This document shows positions 8,510 through 17,418 of a DNA stretch of 64,000 bases, piece by piece; positions within the stretch are counted from its first letter, which is position 1, and each line of letters opens with the position of its first letter. The stretch spans positions 2,202-66,201 of the forward strand of contig CAYLUC010000002.1 of assembly GCA_964386765.1 (NCBI GenBank), read 5' to 3'. This DNA is from an uncultured Candidatus Poseidoniales archaeon (GTDB lineage: Archaea > Thermoplasmatota > Poseidoniia > Poseidoniales > Thalassarchaeaceae). The position numbers and the translations under genes are program-made. The notes under the pieces were generated by a model. The model did no database searches and was not told where the DNA came from. It saw nothing but the letters and a program-made list of their open reading frames with translations.

Positions 8510-9634
8510 TCAATCTTCCAATGTGATGAATGAGGGAGTGTCGGGATCTGTGTGGAAGTCCTTGGGGACGTCCCTGGAAGTTTCTTTGAGCAGTATCTCC
8601 CAATCACGCAATGAGGCTATAGTGGCTCTCTCAAAGTCAGAGTACCTGATCACTCTGTGCAACCCCACCGTCTTCTTCCCATTCTTGGAAACGAACTCTA
8701 TCCTGAACTCGACGTGAACCTCATCCTCGATGACCTCGCCATCCGGATTCTGGCAGACCTGTTCAAGAACTAGATCACGAGTATTTTCTGCCTGTTTTAT
8801 CAAGGACCTCACTTGGCGATGCCTGACCAATATCCCGGTCTTATCCAGCATGTCCTCATCAAGAGATCCAATCAGATTGTCATGTACCCACCATGATGTC
8901 TCACCCTCCTTCTCAGAGATTTGTTCAGAGATGCTCACAGGGAACATCCTCCTTGCAATCAGGACTATCAGATCTGAGTAAGGGAGAGGTAGGAAACGGG
9001 GCTCCCCCGCATTCTGGGGGTCCGGAAGGAGGGAATGCCTCCTGCTGACCAAACCCGCCTCTTCGTAGATGCCTCTTAGCGTGACAAACCCATCGATCTC
9101 CCCCGAATCCCTGAGCCCCTCCATCCACCTAACCGAGGCAATCGGATCATCAGGCGGGGACTCCTTCCCGGATATCGCCGAGTACGCCTCCGGGTCAAGT
9201 ATCCTGATGCCCTTCCTCGCCCTCCTTAGTTGCCTCCTGACCAACTTCTGCCCACAGAGTATGATTGCAGATTTGGGCTGATACTGCAACTTGTTGTCCG
9301 AGACTAGAATGGAATAGGGCCTCTGGGGAGTCCTGGCTCCAACGATTTCCAGTCCCGCTTGCAGAATCGCCATCCTCTTTCCGTGAACGACAGAAGCTGG
9401 AACGGCCAAGACGTCAGCCTCACCAGTGTCCAACATCAAAAGTCCACTTTCAAGATCGCCAACCTCTAGGCACTGCACATCCATCTCAGGAGCACTGCCA
9501 GAATCTAGGAACTTTGCGAAATTATCGGATACGGAGCACCCAACTGTGTCCAACATAGCAAGGAGTAGTTGTTCCGTCATCGCATCCACCTCTAGGGAGG
9601 GAGCACACCCTGTGCCCGTACGGGCCGCGCGCAC
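8510..9634 (-). CDS. hypothetical protein (possible periplasmic-binding-protein type II-like fold)
   Basis: 374-aa ORF. Position 9634 would be a GTG start (plus-strand CAC); the first ATG is at 9572 (MTEQ...). Weak, motif-level resemblance to prephenate-dehydratase or HemC-type PBP-II folds (SGEADVLAVP, LEIVGA, PRFLPL). No confident family. Confidence 0.5.
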   Translation of the reverse strand: MRAARTGTGCAPSLEVDAMTEQLLLAMLDTVGCSVSDNFAKFLDSGSAPEMDVQCLEVGDLESGLLMLDTGEADVLAVPASVVHGKRMAILQAGLEIVGARTPQRPYSILVSDNKLQYQPKSAIILCGQKLVRRQLRRARKGIRILDPEAYSAISGKESPPDDPIASVRWMEGLRDSGEIDGFVTLRGIYEEAGLVSRRHSLLPDPQNAGEPRFLPLPYSDLIVLIARRMFPVSISEQISEKEGETSWWVHDNLIGSLDEDMLDKTGILVRHRQVRSLIKQAENTRDLVLEQVCQNPDGEVIEDEVHVEFRIEFVSKNGKKTVGLHRVIRYSDFERATIASLRDWEILLKETSRDVPKDFHTDPDTPSFITLED

Positions 9635-9640
9635 ACTTGT

Positions 9641-9649
9641 TGATATATG
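9641..9649 (+). promoter_or_regulatory. TATA-box-like element (TGATATATG) about 30 bp upstream of the idsA ATG at 9677
   Basis: This is the only AT-rich hexamer in a GC-rich spacer, and its distance fits an archaeal TATA at -26/-30 from a leaderless start. The ORF-track ATG at 9647 lies inside this element. Confidence 0.4.
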
Positions 9650-9676
9650 CGACCCTATTCGAGACGCCTGAGAGAC

Positions 9677-10657
9677 ATGGCATCGAAACTATCGATCAAG
9701 CGGGGCTTGGACAGTAGATTGAACCTCTTCGAAGAAGAATTGGAGGCACTGGTCCAAGAAGCATCACTGTCTACTGAGTCCCCAGCAATGTCCTTGGCTA
9801 GAGGGATTCTTCTCTCCGGAGGAAAGAGGATAAGGCCCCTTCTCGCCATTCTTTGTTACGAGGCCGCAGGGGGGAAGGACGTCAAAGAAGTGATGAACCT
9901 AGCTTTGTCGTCCGAATTGATTCACACTGCTACCCTCATCCACGATGACATCTATGACCAGTCTCGATTCAGGAGGGGGAGGCCGACCATCCATTCGTCT
10001 CACGGACTCCCTCACGCGATTATTGCTGGCGATTACCTATTCGCTCTGGGATTCGCGAAAGGGGGCACGTATGACATAGATGTAGTGGATCTAATCGCCA
10101 AGTCTTGCACCAATGTCGCCAGAGGGGAGTTGCAGCAGTTTGACCACATAGGCGACCTTTCCACCACCCCTGAGGACTACTACTCCATAATCGATGGAAA
10201 GACAGTGGCCCCTTTTGCTACAGGCGCGAAGTGCGCCGCCCTAGTCGCTGGGGCTTCCGCCGAAATAGCGGACTCGGTGTATGACTTTGGAATCGAGTTC
10301 GGTAGGGCCTTCCAGTTAGTTGATGACCTTCTCGATCTAACAGGGGATTCCAAGATGGGCAAGCCAAGGGGGACAGATGTTCACGAGGGAAAGATGACAC
10401 TGCCCTTGATCCACGCGCTGACTACCCTTAATGGCACTGAGAGGGAGCAGCTAGCCGATGTCCTGAACAACTTCAGTGACGATAGGTGGAATGAGTTGCA
10501 CTCTTTGCTGGAAATTTCCAACTCTATTGGATATGTAGAACAGCTTATTCAGAATCACGTAGACAGATCTCAGGAAATACTGACTTCCCTGCCCCAATCT
10601 GAGGCCAGAGACCTCGTTTCGGAAGTGGCTTCCTTATCCAAGAAAAGGAGAATCTAA
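9677..10657 (+). CDS. idsA: Short-chain (E)-prenyl diphosphate synthase (geranylgeranyl diphosphate synthase, IdsA-like)
   Basis: FARM LIHDDIYDQSRFRRGRPT and SARM FQLVDDLLDLTGD are present. The GKRIRP and KT..P motifs place it in the polyprenyl synthetase family. The start is set at ATG 9677 (MASKLS) downstream of the TATA-like element. Confidence 0.9.
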   Translation: MASKLSIKRGLDSRLNLFEEELEALVQEASLSTESPAMSLARGILLSGGKRIRPLLAILCYEAAGGKDVKEVMNLALSSELIHTATLIHDDIYDQSRFRRGRPTIHSSHGLPHAIIAGDYLFALGFAKGGTYDIDVVDLIAKSCTNVARGELQQFDHIGDLSTTPEDYYSIIDGKTVAPFATGAKCAALVAGASAEIADSVYDFGIEFGRAFQLVDDLLDLTGDSKMGKPRGTDVHEGKMTLPLIHALTTLNGTEREQLADVLNNFSDDRWNELHSLLEISNSIGYVEQLIQNHVDRSQEILTSLPQSEARDLVSEVASLSKKRRI

Positions 10658-10670
10658 TTTTGGAGATAAC

Positions 10671-11768
10671 ATGTCAGAAAACTCCTCTGATTGGGATGTA
10701 ATTGTTATCGGTGGTGGGCCTGCTGGGTCGACTGTAGCAAGATACGTGGCAGAAGGCGGCCAAAGGGTGTTAGTCATAGACAGCAGAGACCCGATCGGCT
10801 CCCCTCTGCAGTGCGGGGAACTCGTGCCCTCCAATGACGAGATGCGCAGGCTCTGTCCCGACGTACCAGATATAGACGACTTACTTCAGACACCGGAAGA
10901 TGCGATTTCGATTAGAACTAGGGAGATGCACATTGTCCCCCCTTCCGGGCGCCCCCTGAAGTATCCGTTTGAGGGGCTGATGCTCAATAGGGTGGCTCAC
11001 GACGAATGGTTAGTTGAACTGGCATCTTCCAAGGGGGCCAATTATCTGACCGGGGCACACGTCGAGTCTATTTCAGGAGAGTCAGTAACCCTGAGAGATG
11101 GCCGGAAATTCACAGGTAGAGTCATCGTTGGTGCAGGTGGTCACAATGACCCGCTAAGGAGAGACCATTGGAACGAGTCTGGCCTAAAGATACCAATCAA
11201 GTTCGTACTCATGGATGGCGATTTTGGGGAGGCAGTGGAGCTTCACTTCGGCTCGATGGCCCCTGGTGGCTATGCATGGGTATTTCCCAAGGAGGGAGGC
11301 GCTAACATAGGAGTCGGAATTCAGAATAAATTCTCCAAGGGCAAGTCCCTCAATATCTTCACCGAGGATTTCGTTAGAAGGTATGACGGGCAGGTCACGT
11401 TCCGTGGTGCTGGCTCTCTCCCAATGTCAGGCACAATAGACACTTTCGTGAAGGGCAACCACCTGCTAGTGGGAGATGCCGCCGGAATGGTCCTCCCGAG
11501 CAATGGGGCAGGCATCACAATCGCGATGATAGGCGGCAGGATCGCGGGTCAGGCGATTGCCAGGCACTTGGCCCACGGAACTCCACTAACAGAATATGAG
11601 CGTGAGTGGAAGCGTCAGATGGGCAAGGTGATGGGAAATTCGAAATTCTCTTTTCGGTTGGGAAGCCTAATTCTGAGACTTCCCGATTGGCTGATCAACT
11701 TAGTATTCAATCGCCTGACTAAGCCCCTAGTGTGGCGTTCTGTTACCTGCAGGAAACTACTGCTATAA
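10671..11768 (+). CDS. Geranylgeranyl reductase family (digeranylgeranylglycerophospholipid reductase), FAD-dependent
   Basis: N-terminal DVIVIGGGPAGSTVARYVAEGG dinucleotide-binding motif, about 365 aa, and geranylgeranyl reductase signatures (CGE, GDAAG). It sits immediately downstream of idsA. Confidence 0.9.
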   Translation: MSENSSDWDVIVIGGGPAGSTVARYVAEGGQRVLVIDSRDPIGSPLQCGELVPSNDEMRRLCPDVPDIDDLLQTPEDAISIRTREMHIVPPSGRPLKYPFEGLMLNRVAHDEWLVELASSKGANYLTGAHVESISGESVTLRDGRKFTGRVIVGAGGHNDPLRRDHWNESGLKIPIKFVLMDGDFGEAVELHFGSMAPGGYAWVFPKEGGANIGVGIQNKFSKGKSLNIFTEDFVRRYDGQVTFRGAGSLPMSGTIDTFVKGNHLLVGDAAGMVLPSNGAGITIAMIGGRIAGQAIARHLAHGTPLTEYEREWKRQMGKVMGNSKFSFRLGSLILRLPDWLINLVFNRLTKPLVWRSVTCRKLLL

Positions 11769-11775
11769 TGACCCA

Positions 11776-12552
11776 TTAGTCATGGTTTGGCTTAGTGCCT
11801 TCCCAGATCGTCGCCATCCCTGGGAATATCACCTTTGACTTGACATCCGAGAATCCCTCATCCTCGATCATCTTGACGTAATCCATAGTGGTGCCGAAGC
11901 TCGAGTATGTCTTGGTAAGCCACCTCCAGGGGTGGTCTGCAGATCTGTAAATCATCATGGCATAGGCACTGACGTATGTCCTCATCCAAAGCCAACCGAG
12001 AAATCCATGGAACCGATTCATCTTGGCTGGGTCAATAATCACCAACTTGCCACCCGGTCTGAGGACCCTGAGGGACTCAGAGAGCCCCTTTCTCTTGTCA
12101 TACCAGTCTCTGAATGAGAACAACGAGCAAACTGCATCGAAAGAGCCGTCTTCGAAGGGGAGGTCCTCCGCGGTCCCTTCGACGAAGGTCGCAGGGGAGT
12201 CACCCCTGGATGAGCGTGAGGAGTTTACTCTCGGCTCCGCGACCTTGATCATCTCTGGAATCGGGTCAAGGCAGAAGAGCTCACCCCCTTCGACATCTTC
12301 GGCGAAACTCCCCGGGCCACACCCTATCTCCAGTAGTCGGCAATTCTCTGGAAGACGGCTCCTGACCATACGGCGCCATCTAGAGACCTGCCCGAGAGTA
12401 GCAATTCGATTCACCCGGTCGTATACTGGGATGGTGGCCTCTAGGTTTCTCTGGAGCTCGGCCCAGTCCTCATCCCCTATCCTCTCGCTGTCCACGTACC
12501 GCCCGTCATGTGGCCTGTATTTGGAGGGTTCCCGGAGCGTCCCTCTTTGCAC
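11776..12552 (-). CDS. UbiE/MenG-family class I SAM-dependent C-methyltransferase (demethylmenaquinone methyltransferase-like)
   Basis: YDRVNRIATLGQVSRWRR (the UbiE YD.MN...S.G.HR.WK motif), the SAM-binding motif LEIGCGPG, and DAVCSLFSFRDW. Confidence 0.8.
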   Translation of the reverse strand: MQRGTLREPSKYRPHDGRYVDSERIGDEDWAELQRNLEATIPVYDRVNRIATLGQVSRWRRMVRSRLPENCRLLEIGCGPGSFAEDVEGGELFCLDPIPEMIKVAEPRVNSSRSSRGDSPATFVEGTAEDLPFEDGSFDAVCSLFSFRDWYDKRKGLSESLRVLRPGGKLVIIDPAKMNRFHGFLGWLWMRTYVSAYAMMIYRSADHPWRWLTKTYSSFGTTMDYVKMIEDEGFSDVKSKVIFPGMATIWEGTKPNHD

Positions 12553-12623
12553 CCCTATGTTGCTTCGGTGATAGTCACAAGGTTACCATCATAAACTCCA
12601 CAATGTTCGCCAATGCACCGTAG

Positions 12624-12947
12624 GTGCTGTTAATGGGCAGAGAAGACGTACTCCATGCCATAAGAAAGGCTGAGAATGATGCAAGGAACACTGTCTCAAA
12701 GGCAGAGTCAGAAGCCTCCGAGATTATCTCCAAGGCGAGGCTCGCCGCCACCGAGATCGTCCAGGAGGGACGCTCAGAATCAGAAGCAAGCAGCCAGGGC
12801 CTGATATCTGATGCCAGAGCCTCCGCAGAAGCAGAGGCAAAGAAGGTATCAGATCAGGGCGACACGTCGATCAAGTCGATACACAAGGGCAGTGATGGGA
12901 ACAGAGCAGCAGCAGTAAAGACGGTTCTGGATGCATTCAGGTCCTAG
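12624..12947 (+). CDS. atpH: A-type ATP synthase subunit H
   Basis: Small (107 aa) Ala/Glu/Lys-rich coiled-coil protein at the head of the A1Ao operon. An AGGAGG Shine-Dalgarno sequence follows its stop, ahead of atpI. Confidence 0.8.
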   Translation: MLLMGREDVLHAIRKAENDARNTVSKAESEASEIISKARLAATEIVQEGRSESEASSQGLISDARASAEAEAKKVSDQGDTSIKSIHKGSDGNRAAAVKTVLDAFRS

Positions 12948-12967
12948 AGTAGCAAGGAGGTCCCCAA

Positions 12968-15055
12968 ATGTCACAGGTCAATACCCAGCAGATGGGGAGG
13001 CTTGTTGCAGCCGGAAGCATCGACAATCTGGACGAGGCAGTCAACACTCTAGCAAGGCTTGAGGCACTCCACATCATTGACTACGACGGTTCTGAGGAGG
13101 GCTTCTCGTTGGGTTCCCCCAACCCTTCCTCTGAGGAGGTAGGTAAGGTATTGGTGAGGGCTCGTTCGGCCGCATCGATAATTTCCACAGATGGCCCCGA
13201 CAATCCAGTTCCACAAGCCCCAGTTAGGAAAAGCCTGTCAGATGAGCTGCCTTCCAAGATAGACGAACTCCTACAGGCCAGTTCGAGAATGGACGACTTG
13301 GAAAATGAGATATCTACTCTCGAAGAGGAGATGGAGGGGCTTTCAATGGTGGCTCCCCTCGGCATAGACATCGAACTACTCGGGGGATACGAATCCATTT
13401 CCTCGTTTGTTGGAACTGTTACAGATGCAGTTGCTGCAGCCTCAGCAGTGGGCCAGGGGGGTATACTATTCCAGGCAAAGAAGGGGAATCAGAATATTGT
13501 CGCTGCCTTCGTTCGTTCAGAAGACGCCCAGTCAACCGCTTCATCACTCGAATCCGCTGGATTCGAGTCATTGGCACTGCCAGAAGGAAGCGGCTCGGCT
13601 TCTGAGAGATTAGAGAGGATGGGGGAGTCTAGGGACTCCTTGATGAGTGAGAAAAATGCCCTGATGGAGAAAATCGCCGATTGGGAAGAATCCAACGGAG
13701 AGATGTTGGCTTGCGGCCTCGAGGTTTTGGAGAGGGATCACGATGTTCTCACAGCGCCCGTAAGAATCGCCGTTTCGGAACACGCCTTCGTGTTGGATGG
13801 ATGGCTAGTCATGGGCCGTGCCGAAGAGGTCCAGAAGGAACTCAGGGATTCCTGCCTCTTTACAGAAGTAACTCCATTTGAGATGGAAGCGGGCGGAGGG
13901 GGGCACGGACATTCAGATCATGCCCACCACCAAGAAATGCCACCAATAGCATTCCAGGACAGGAGTACTAGCAAGCCAATGGAACTGCTAACCGATGCAG
14001 TTGGAAGGCCTGCCTATGGGAGGATAGACCCCACAGTTTTCATGTTGGTAACCTATCCAATATTCTTCGGAATCATGCTGGGCGACATGGCGTATGGGAT
14101 GATTACAATGGGATTGGGCGTCATGCTCATCCAAAGGTCGGGGACCAATGAGATGCTCAACCTGGGGGGCAAGTTCCTGATGTACATAGGGATCGGAACC
14201 GTTGTCTTTGGCTACTTGTATGCCGAATTCGCGGGTTGGGAGATTTTCCCTCACCATGGCAGCAACCCGGCTGAAGCCTTGCAGTTCCTCTATCCAGCTA
14301 TCGACCAAGGGGCCTATCATGTCTGGAGCGGCTCATTCCCACTGGGAATAGAGTTGGCCTTCCCATTCCACAGAGTGGTCATGGTCAGCGATCATGGAAA
14401 TCTAGAGCACCTCATCCTCCTCACGATATACCTCGGCGTAATACACGTCTTCCTCGGGCTAATTATTGGATTCCGAGACATCATGCTATACGGCAATGGG
14501 CATGGTGGAATAGGATTCGTCTGCGCATTCTTCGAGAAGGGAGTGTGGATGGTCCTCCTCGTAGGGGGCTTCCTCTTCGCATACGGTTTCCTAGGTCCCT
14601 CTGACGCGGAGTGGATGCTAACCCCAGGAGCGGTGATTTGCGCCTCAGCAACTGCTATGCTAATGTGGACACTGTACAACTACCATGGGGTCCCCTTCCC
14701 GATAAACATAGGATTGGCACCCATAGAGGCTGTCGGCATGATGCCAACAGTAATCTCCTACGTCCGACTATTCGCTGTGGGAGTCGTAGGCGTCAAGATA
14801 GCCGAGACTGGCAACGAGAAACTATTCTCGCCCATGATGGATATCATTTCCGATGGGGGCCAGGCATGGCTAGTTCCAGTCCTATTCCTAGGTTGGCTTG
14901 CAGTGCAGTTCTTTGCATGGGGCCTAGGAGTTTTCAGTCCCAACATCCACGCAGCAAGGCTACACTTCGTAGAGTGGATGAGGCAATATTACGATTCAAG
15001 CGGAGAGGAGTTCAGACCGTTCGGCCTGCGCTCTAGATTCGTGGAGGTAGATTAG
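12968..15055 (+). CDS. atpI: A-type ATP synthase subunit I (membrane a-subunit)
   Basis: 695 aa, with a hydrophilic N-terminal half and a polytopic C-terminal half containing a conserved Arg in a TM helix. AGGAGG lies 9 nt upstream. Confidence 0.9.
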   Translation: MSQVNTQQMGRLVAAGSIDNLDEAVNTLARLEALHIIDYDGSEEGFSLGSPNPSSEEVGKVLVRARSAASIISTDGPDNPVPQAPVRKSLSDELPSKIDELLQASSRMDDLENEISTLEEEMEGLSMVAPLGIDIELLGGYESISSFVGTVTDAVAAASAVGQGGILFQAKKGNQNIVAAFVRSEDAQSTASSLESAGFESLALPEGSGSASERLERMGESRDSLMSEKNALMEKIADWEESNGEMLACGLEVLERDHDVLTAPVRIAVSEHAFVLDGWLVMGRAEEVQKELRDSCLFTEVTPFEMEAGGGGHGHSDHAHHQEMPPIAFQDRSTSKPMELLTDAVGRPAYGRIDPTVFMLVTYPIFFGIMLGDMAYGMITMGLGVMLIQRSGTNEMLNLGGKFLMYIGIGTVVFGYLYAEFAGWEIFPHHGSNPAEALQFLYPAIDQGAYHVWSGSFPLGIELAFPFHRVVMVSDHGNLEHLILLTIYLGVIHVFLGLIIGFRDIMLYGNGHGGIGFVCAFFEKGVWMVLLVGGFLFAYGFLGPSDAEWMLTPGAVICASATAMLMWTLYNYHGVPFPINIGLAPIEAVGMMPTVISYVRLFAVGVVGVKIAETGNEKLFSPMMDIISDGGQAWLVPVLFLGWLAVQFFAWGLGVFSPNIHAARLHFVEWMRQYYDSSGEEFRPFGLRSRFVEVD

Positions 15056-15101
15056 ATCAGATTCCAAGCCTAGGCTTGAAAGAAAAATGGAGGAAAAAAG
15101 A

Positions 15102-15410
15102 ATGAACAACAGAAACACAATGAAAGGAATGAGCGCTCTGATGGCCCTATTCTCGTTTGCAATGATTGCATCCGTGGTATCGGCAGCAGAGGGGGACACG
15201 ACCACCGCACACTGGGACGCAGCGAAGCTCGGAGCTGGAATAGCTCTCGGCCTGGCGGGCGTCGGTACTGGATTGAGCCAGGGACCTATCGGAGCAGCAG
15301 CTGTGGGAATGATTGCTGAGGACTCCAGTAAGTTCGTTACTGGTCTGATCTTCACAGCTCTACCTGAGACTATCGTTCTGTTCGGATTCCTTGCACTATT
15401 CCTGCTCTAA
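15102..15410 (+). CDS. atpK: A-type ATP synthase subunit K (proteolipid c-subunit)
   Basis: Hydrophobic hairpin protein with a Gly-rich helix (GAGIALGLAGVGTGLSQGPIGAA) and the conserved carboxylate in LPETIVLFGF. The start is set at ATG 15102 because the upstream ATG at 15087 is part of the ATGGAGG Shine-Dalgarno sequence. Confidence 0.9.
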   Translation: MNNRNTMKGMSALMALFSFAMIASVVSAAEGDTTTAHWDAAKLGAGIALGLAGVGTGLSQGPIGAAAVGMIAEDSSKFVTGLIFTALPETIVLFGFLALFLL

Positions 15411-15457
15411 GCAGGTTTGCAAGGCCGAGAGACGAATTATTGACGTGAGGTTAGAAG

Positions 15458-16015
15458 ATGACATTGGACGCTTTAGCGGCTGAAATCGCCAGTCAGGCGA
15501 AGGCCGAAGCAAAGTCAATCATCGAGGCTGCCAAGGCAGAGGCCAAGCGCATCGAAGGCGATGCCAAGGCAGAGGCCGCCACAGCTGCTTCTGAGGCGGA
15601 AATGCGAGCATCACGAGACAGTGAGCAGCTTTCCGTCGAGGTAGTGGCATCGGCAAGGCAGGCAAATCAGAAGAAGGCGCTAATCGCAAGAAGGGAAGAA
15701 CTAGACTTGACATGGGGGTCAGTAAGGGAACAAGTGGCATCACCGGACTTCAAGGGACGTTCTGAGATTATTGCAAGTTTACTGAAGGAGGCTGAGGGAG
15801 CCGACTCGGACATGGTTCTCAGGCCCGTTTCCACAGACCGCAAAGCCCTTTCATCATCCAATTTCCAAATGGGCGACGACATTGACGGGCTTGGCGGATT
15901 CGTCCTAGAGTCGAAGGATGGATCAATGGTCCTAGATTACCGCTTTGACAGTCGTTTGGAGGATGCCTGGAGGGCAAGCCTCGGAGCGGTTAATGCAGCA
16001 CTTTTCGGAGAGTAA
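15458..16015 (+). CDS. atpE: A-type ATP synthase subunit E
   Basis: 185 aa with an Ala/Lys/Glu-rich N-terminal helix (AKAEAKSIIEAAKAEAKRIEGDAKAEA) and a globular C-terminus. Its position in the operon also fits. Confidence 0.85.
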   Translation: MTLDALAAEIASQAKAEAKSIIEAAKAEAKRIEGDAKAEAATAASEAEMRASRDSEQLSVEVVASARQANQKKALIARREELDLTWGSVREQVASPDFKGRSEIIASLLKEAEGADSDMVLRPVSTDRKALSSSNFQMGDDIDGLGGFVLESKDGSMVLDYRFDSRLEDAWRASLGAVNAALFGE

Positions 16016-16028
16016 TTGAGGCGATATA

Positions 16029-17081
16029 ATGGCAAGCATGGCGAATGGTCGTTCGAATCTGTACAATGCCGCAGCCCGGGCTAAGGCCCGAAAGGCAGCA
16101 TTGATCGATACGACCAGAATGCGCCAGCTTCTCCAACAGGGGCCAGAATCAATAGGGGTCAGCATAGGGGAGTTGGGATACAGGACAGAAATGGATCTGT
16201 ACGCCTCCAGGATGAGTGGGGCGGATGCCGTCGAGGCAGCCCTGTTCCACAACATGGACAATGACCTTTCACAGGTATTGCGATTCTGCCAGGGCCATCT
16301 CCGTTCACTCGTTGCCATCTACGTCGAGAGATTCGACTATGAGAAGGCGAAGACCGTGCTACGTGCGGTTAACGGGGGTGCTTCAGACGAGTTGATAGAG
16401 ACCCAGATTCTCCCTTCAGAGAACCCAAGAAACGCCCCGTGGCTGCAAATCGTCAGAACCACGGAGGGACTCAATGAGGCCGTGGAAGCAATGTCTGGCA
16501 CCTCATGGGGAAGAGTACTCTCCAAATTGGACGGCGAACCAAAATTGGAGGATTACGAGAATGCACTCGATATGCAATATTTCTCAGATGCTCTGAAGGC
16601 AGTGAAAGGAAGGGATGGCAGCCCCAGGTTACTCAGATACCTGAGAATGGAAATTGACCACAGGAATGTGATAAACCAATTCCGAGGGATCCGTCAAGCA
16701 ATGTCCCAGGAAAAACGATCCTCCATCGTTATCCCGGGCGGCAAGATTGATCCAGCAACTATGAGGCAAGCATCACAAGCAGAGACGGATGAGGAGCTAA
16801 TAGAGTCACTCCGAAGAAATGGGTCATTCGATGACACTGGCTTCGAAGAGGCCATGGCTGAATCCAAGAAAATCGGTTCACTGGATCCCTATGCGGAACT
16901 TATGTCGCATCAAAGGCACGCCATGCTGAAGAGATTCTCTCACCTCAGCCCGGTCTCCCCTTTCCCCGTGATACATTACATCGAGTGCAAGGCACTTGAA
17001 GTTAGAAACCTAAGACTGCTCGTGCGCGGCAAGTCAGTGGGCCTCCCAGATGAGGTAATAGAGGCGCATTTGGATTACTGA
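16029..17081 (+). CDS. atpC: A-type ATP synthase subunit C
   Basis: 350 aa helical protein between subunits E and F in the operon. Confidence 0.85.
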   Translation: MASMANGRSNLYNAAARAKARKAALIDTTRMRQLLQQGPESIGVSIGELGYRTEMDLYASRMSGADAVEAALFHNMDNDLSQVLRFCQGHLRSLVAIYVERFDYEKAKTVLRAVNGGASDELIETQILPSENPRNAPWLQIVRTTEGLNEAVEAMSGTSWGRVLSKLDGEPKLEDYENALDMQYFSDALKAVKGRDGSPRLLRYLRMEIDHRNVINQFRGIRQAMSQEKRSSIVIPGGKIDPATMRQASQAETDEELIESLRRNGSFDDTGFEEAMAESKKIGSLDPYAELMSHQRHAMLKRFSHLSPVSPFPVIHYIECKALEVRNLRLLVRGKSVGLPDEVIEAHLDY

Positions 17082-17090
17082 GGTGAGTAT

Positions 17091-17390
17091 ATGGAAATAG
17101 CAGTTGTAGGACCGCTTGAATTCACACTCGGGTTCCAGCTAGCAGGGGTGAAGAATCTTCACAACCCAGCTGATCACGAGGAGATGGCTGAGATTATTCG
17201 GTCTCTGCTCGGCCAGACAGAGATAGGCGTAGTCGTAGTAGACAACTCCGATCTAATCATTCTCCCGGAAAGATTGAGGATACAGATCGCCGAGAGTGTA
17301 ACTCCCACAGTTCTGGGAATAGGGACAGAGGAGGATAATACCCTCCGTGAATCAATCAAGTCGGCTCTAGGAGTGGACCTTTGGAAGTAG
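17091..17390 (+). CDS. atpF: A-type ATP synthase subunit F
   Basis: 99 aa. [20 protein letters not shown] is typical of V/A-ATPase subunit F. Confidence 0.85.
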   Translation: MEIAVVGPLEFTLGFQLAGVKNLHNPADHEEMAEIIRSLLGQTEIGVVVVDNSDLIILPERLRIQIAESVTPTVLGIGTEEDNTLRESIKSALGVDLWK

Positions 17391-17418
17391 AAAACAAGAA
17401 AATAATGGAAGTGAAAAA

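Noticed and set aside
9647-9676. ORF-track start of idsA at ATG 9647
   Set aside because: That ATG lies inside the TATA-like TGATATATG element, and the encoded N-terminal MRPYSRRLRD has no counterpart in IdsA homologs. The start was moved to 9677.
15087-15101. atpK start at ATG 15087
   Set aside because: That ATG is the first three bases of ATGGAGG, the Shine-Dalgarno sequence for ATG 15102. Start 15102 is preferred, but the other cannot be excluded.
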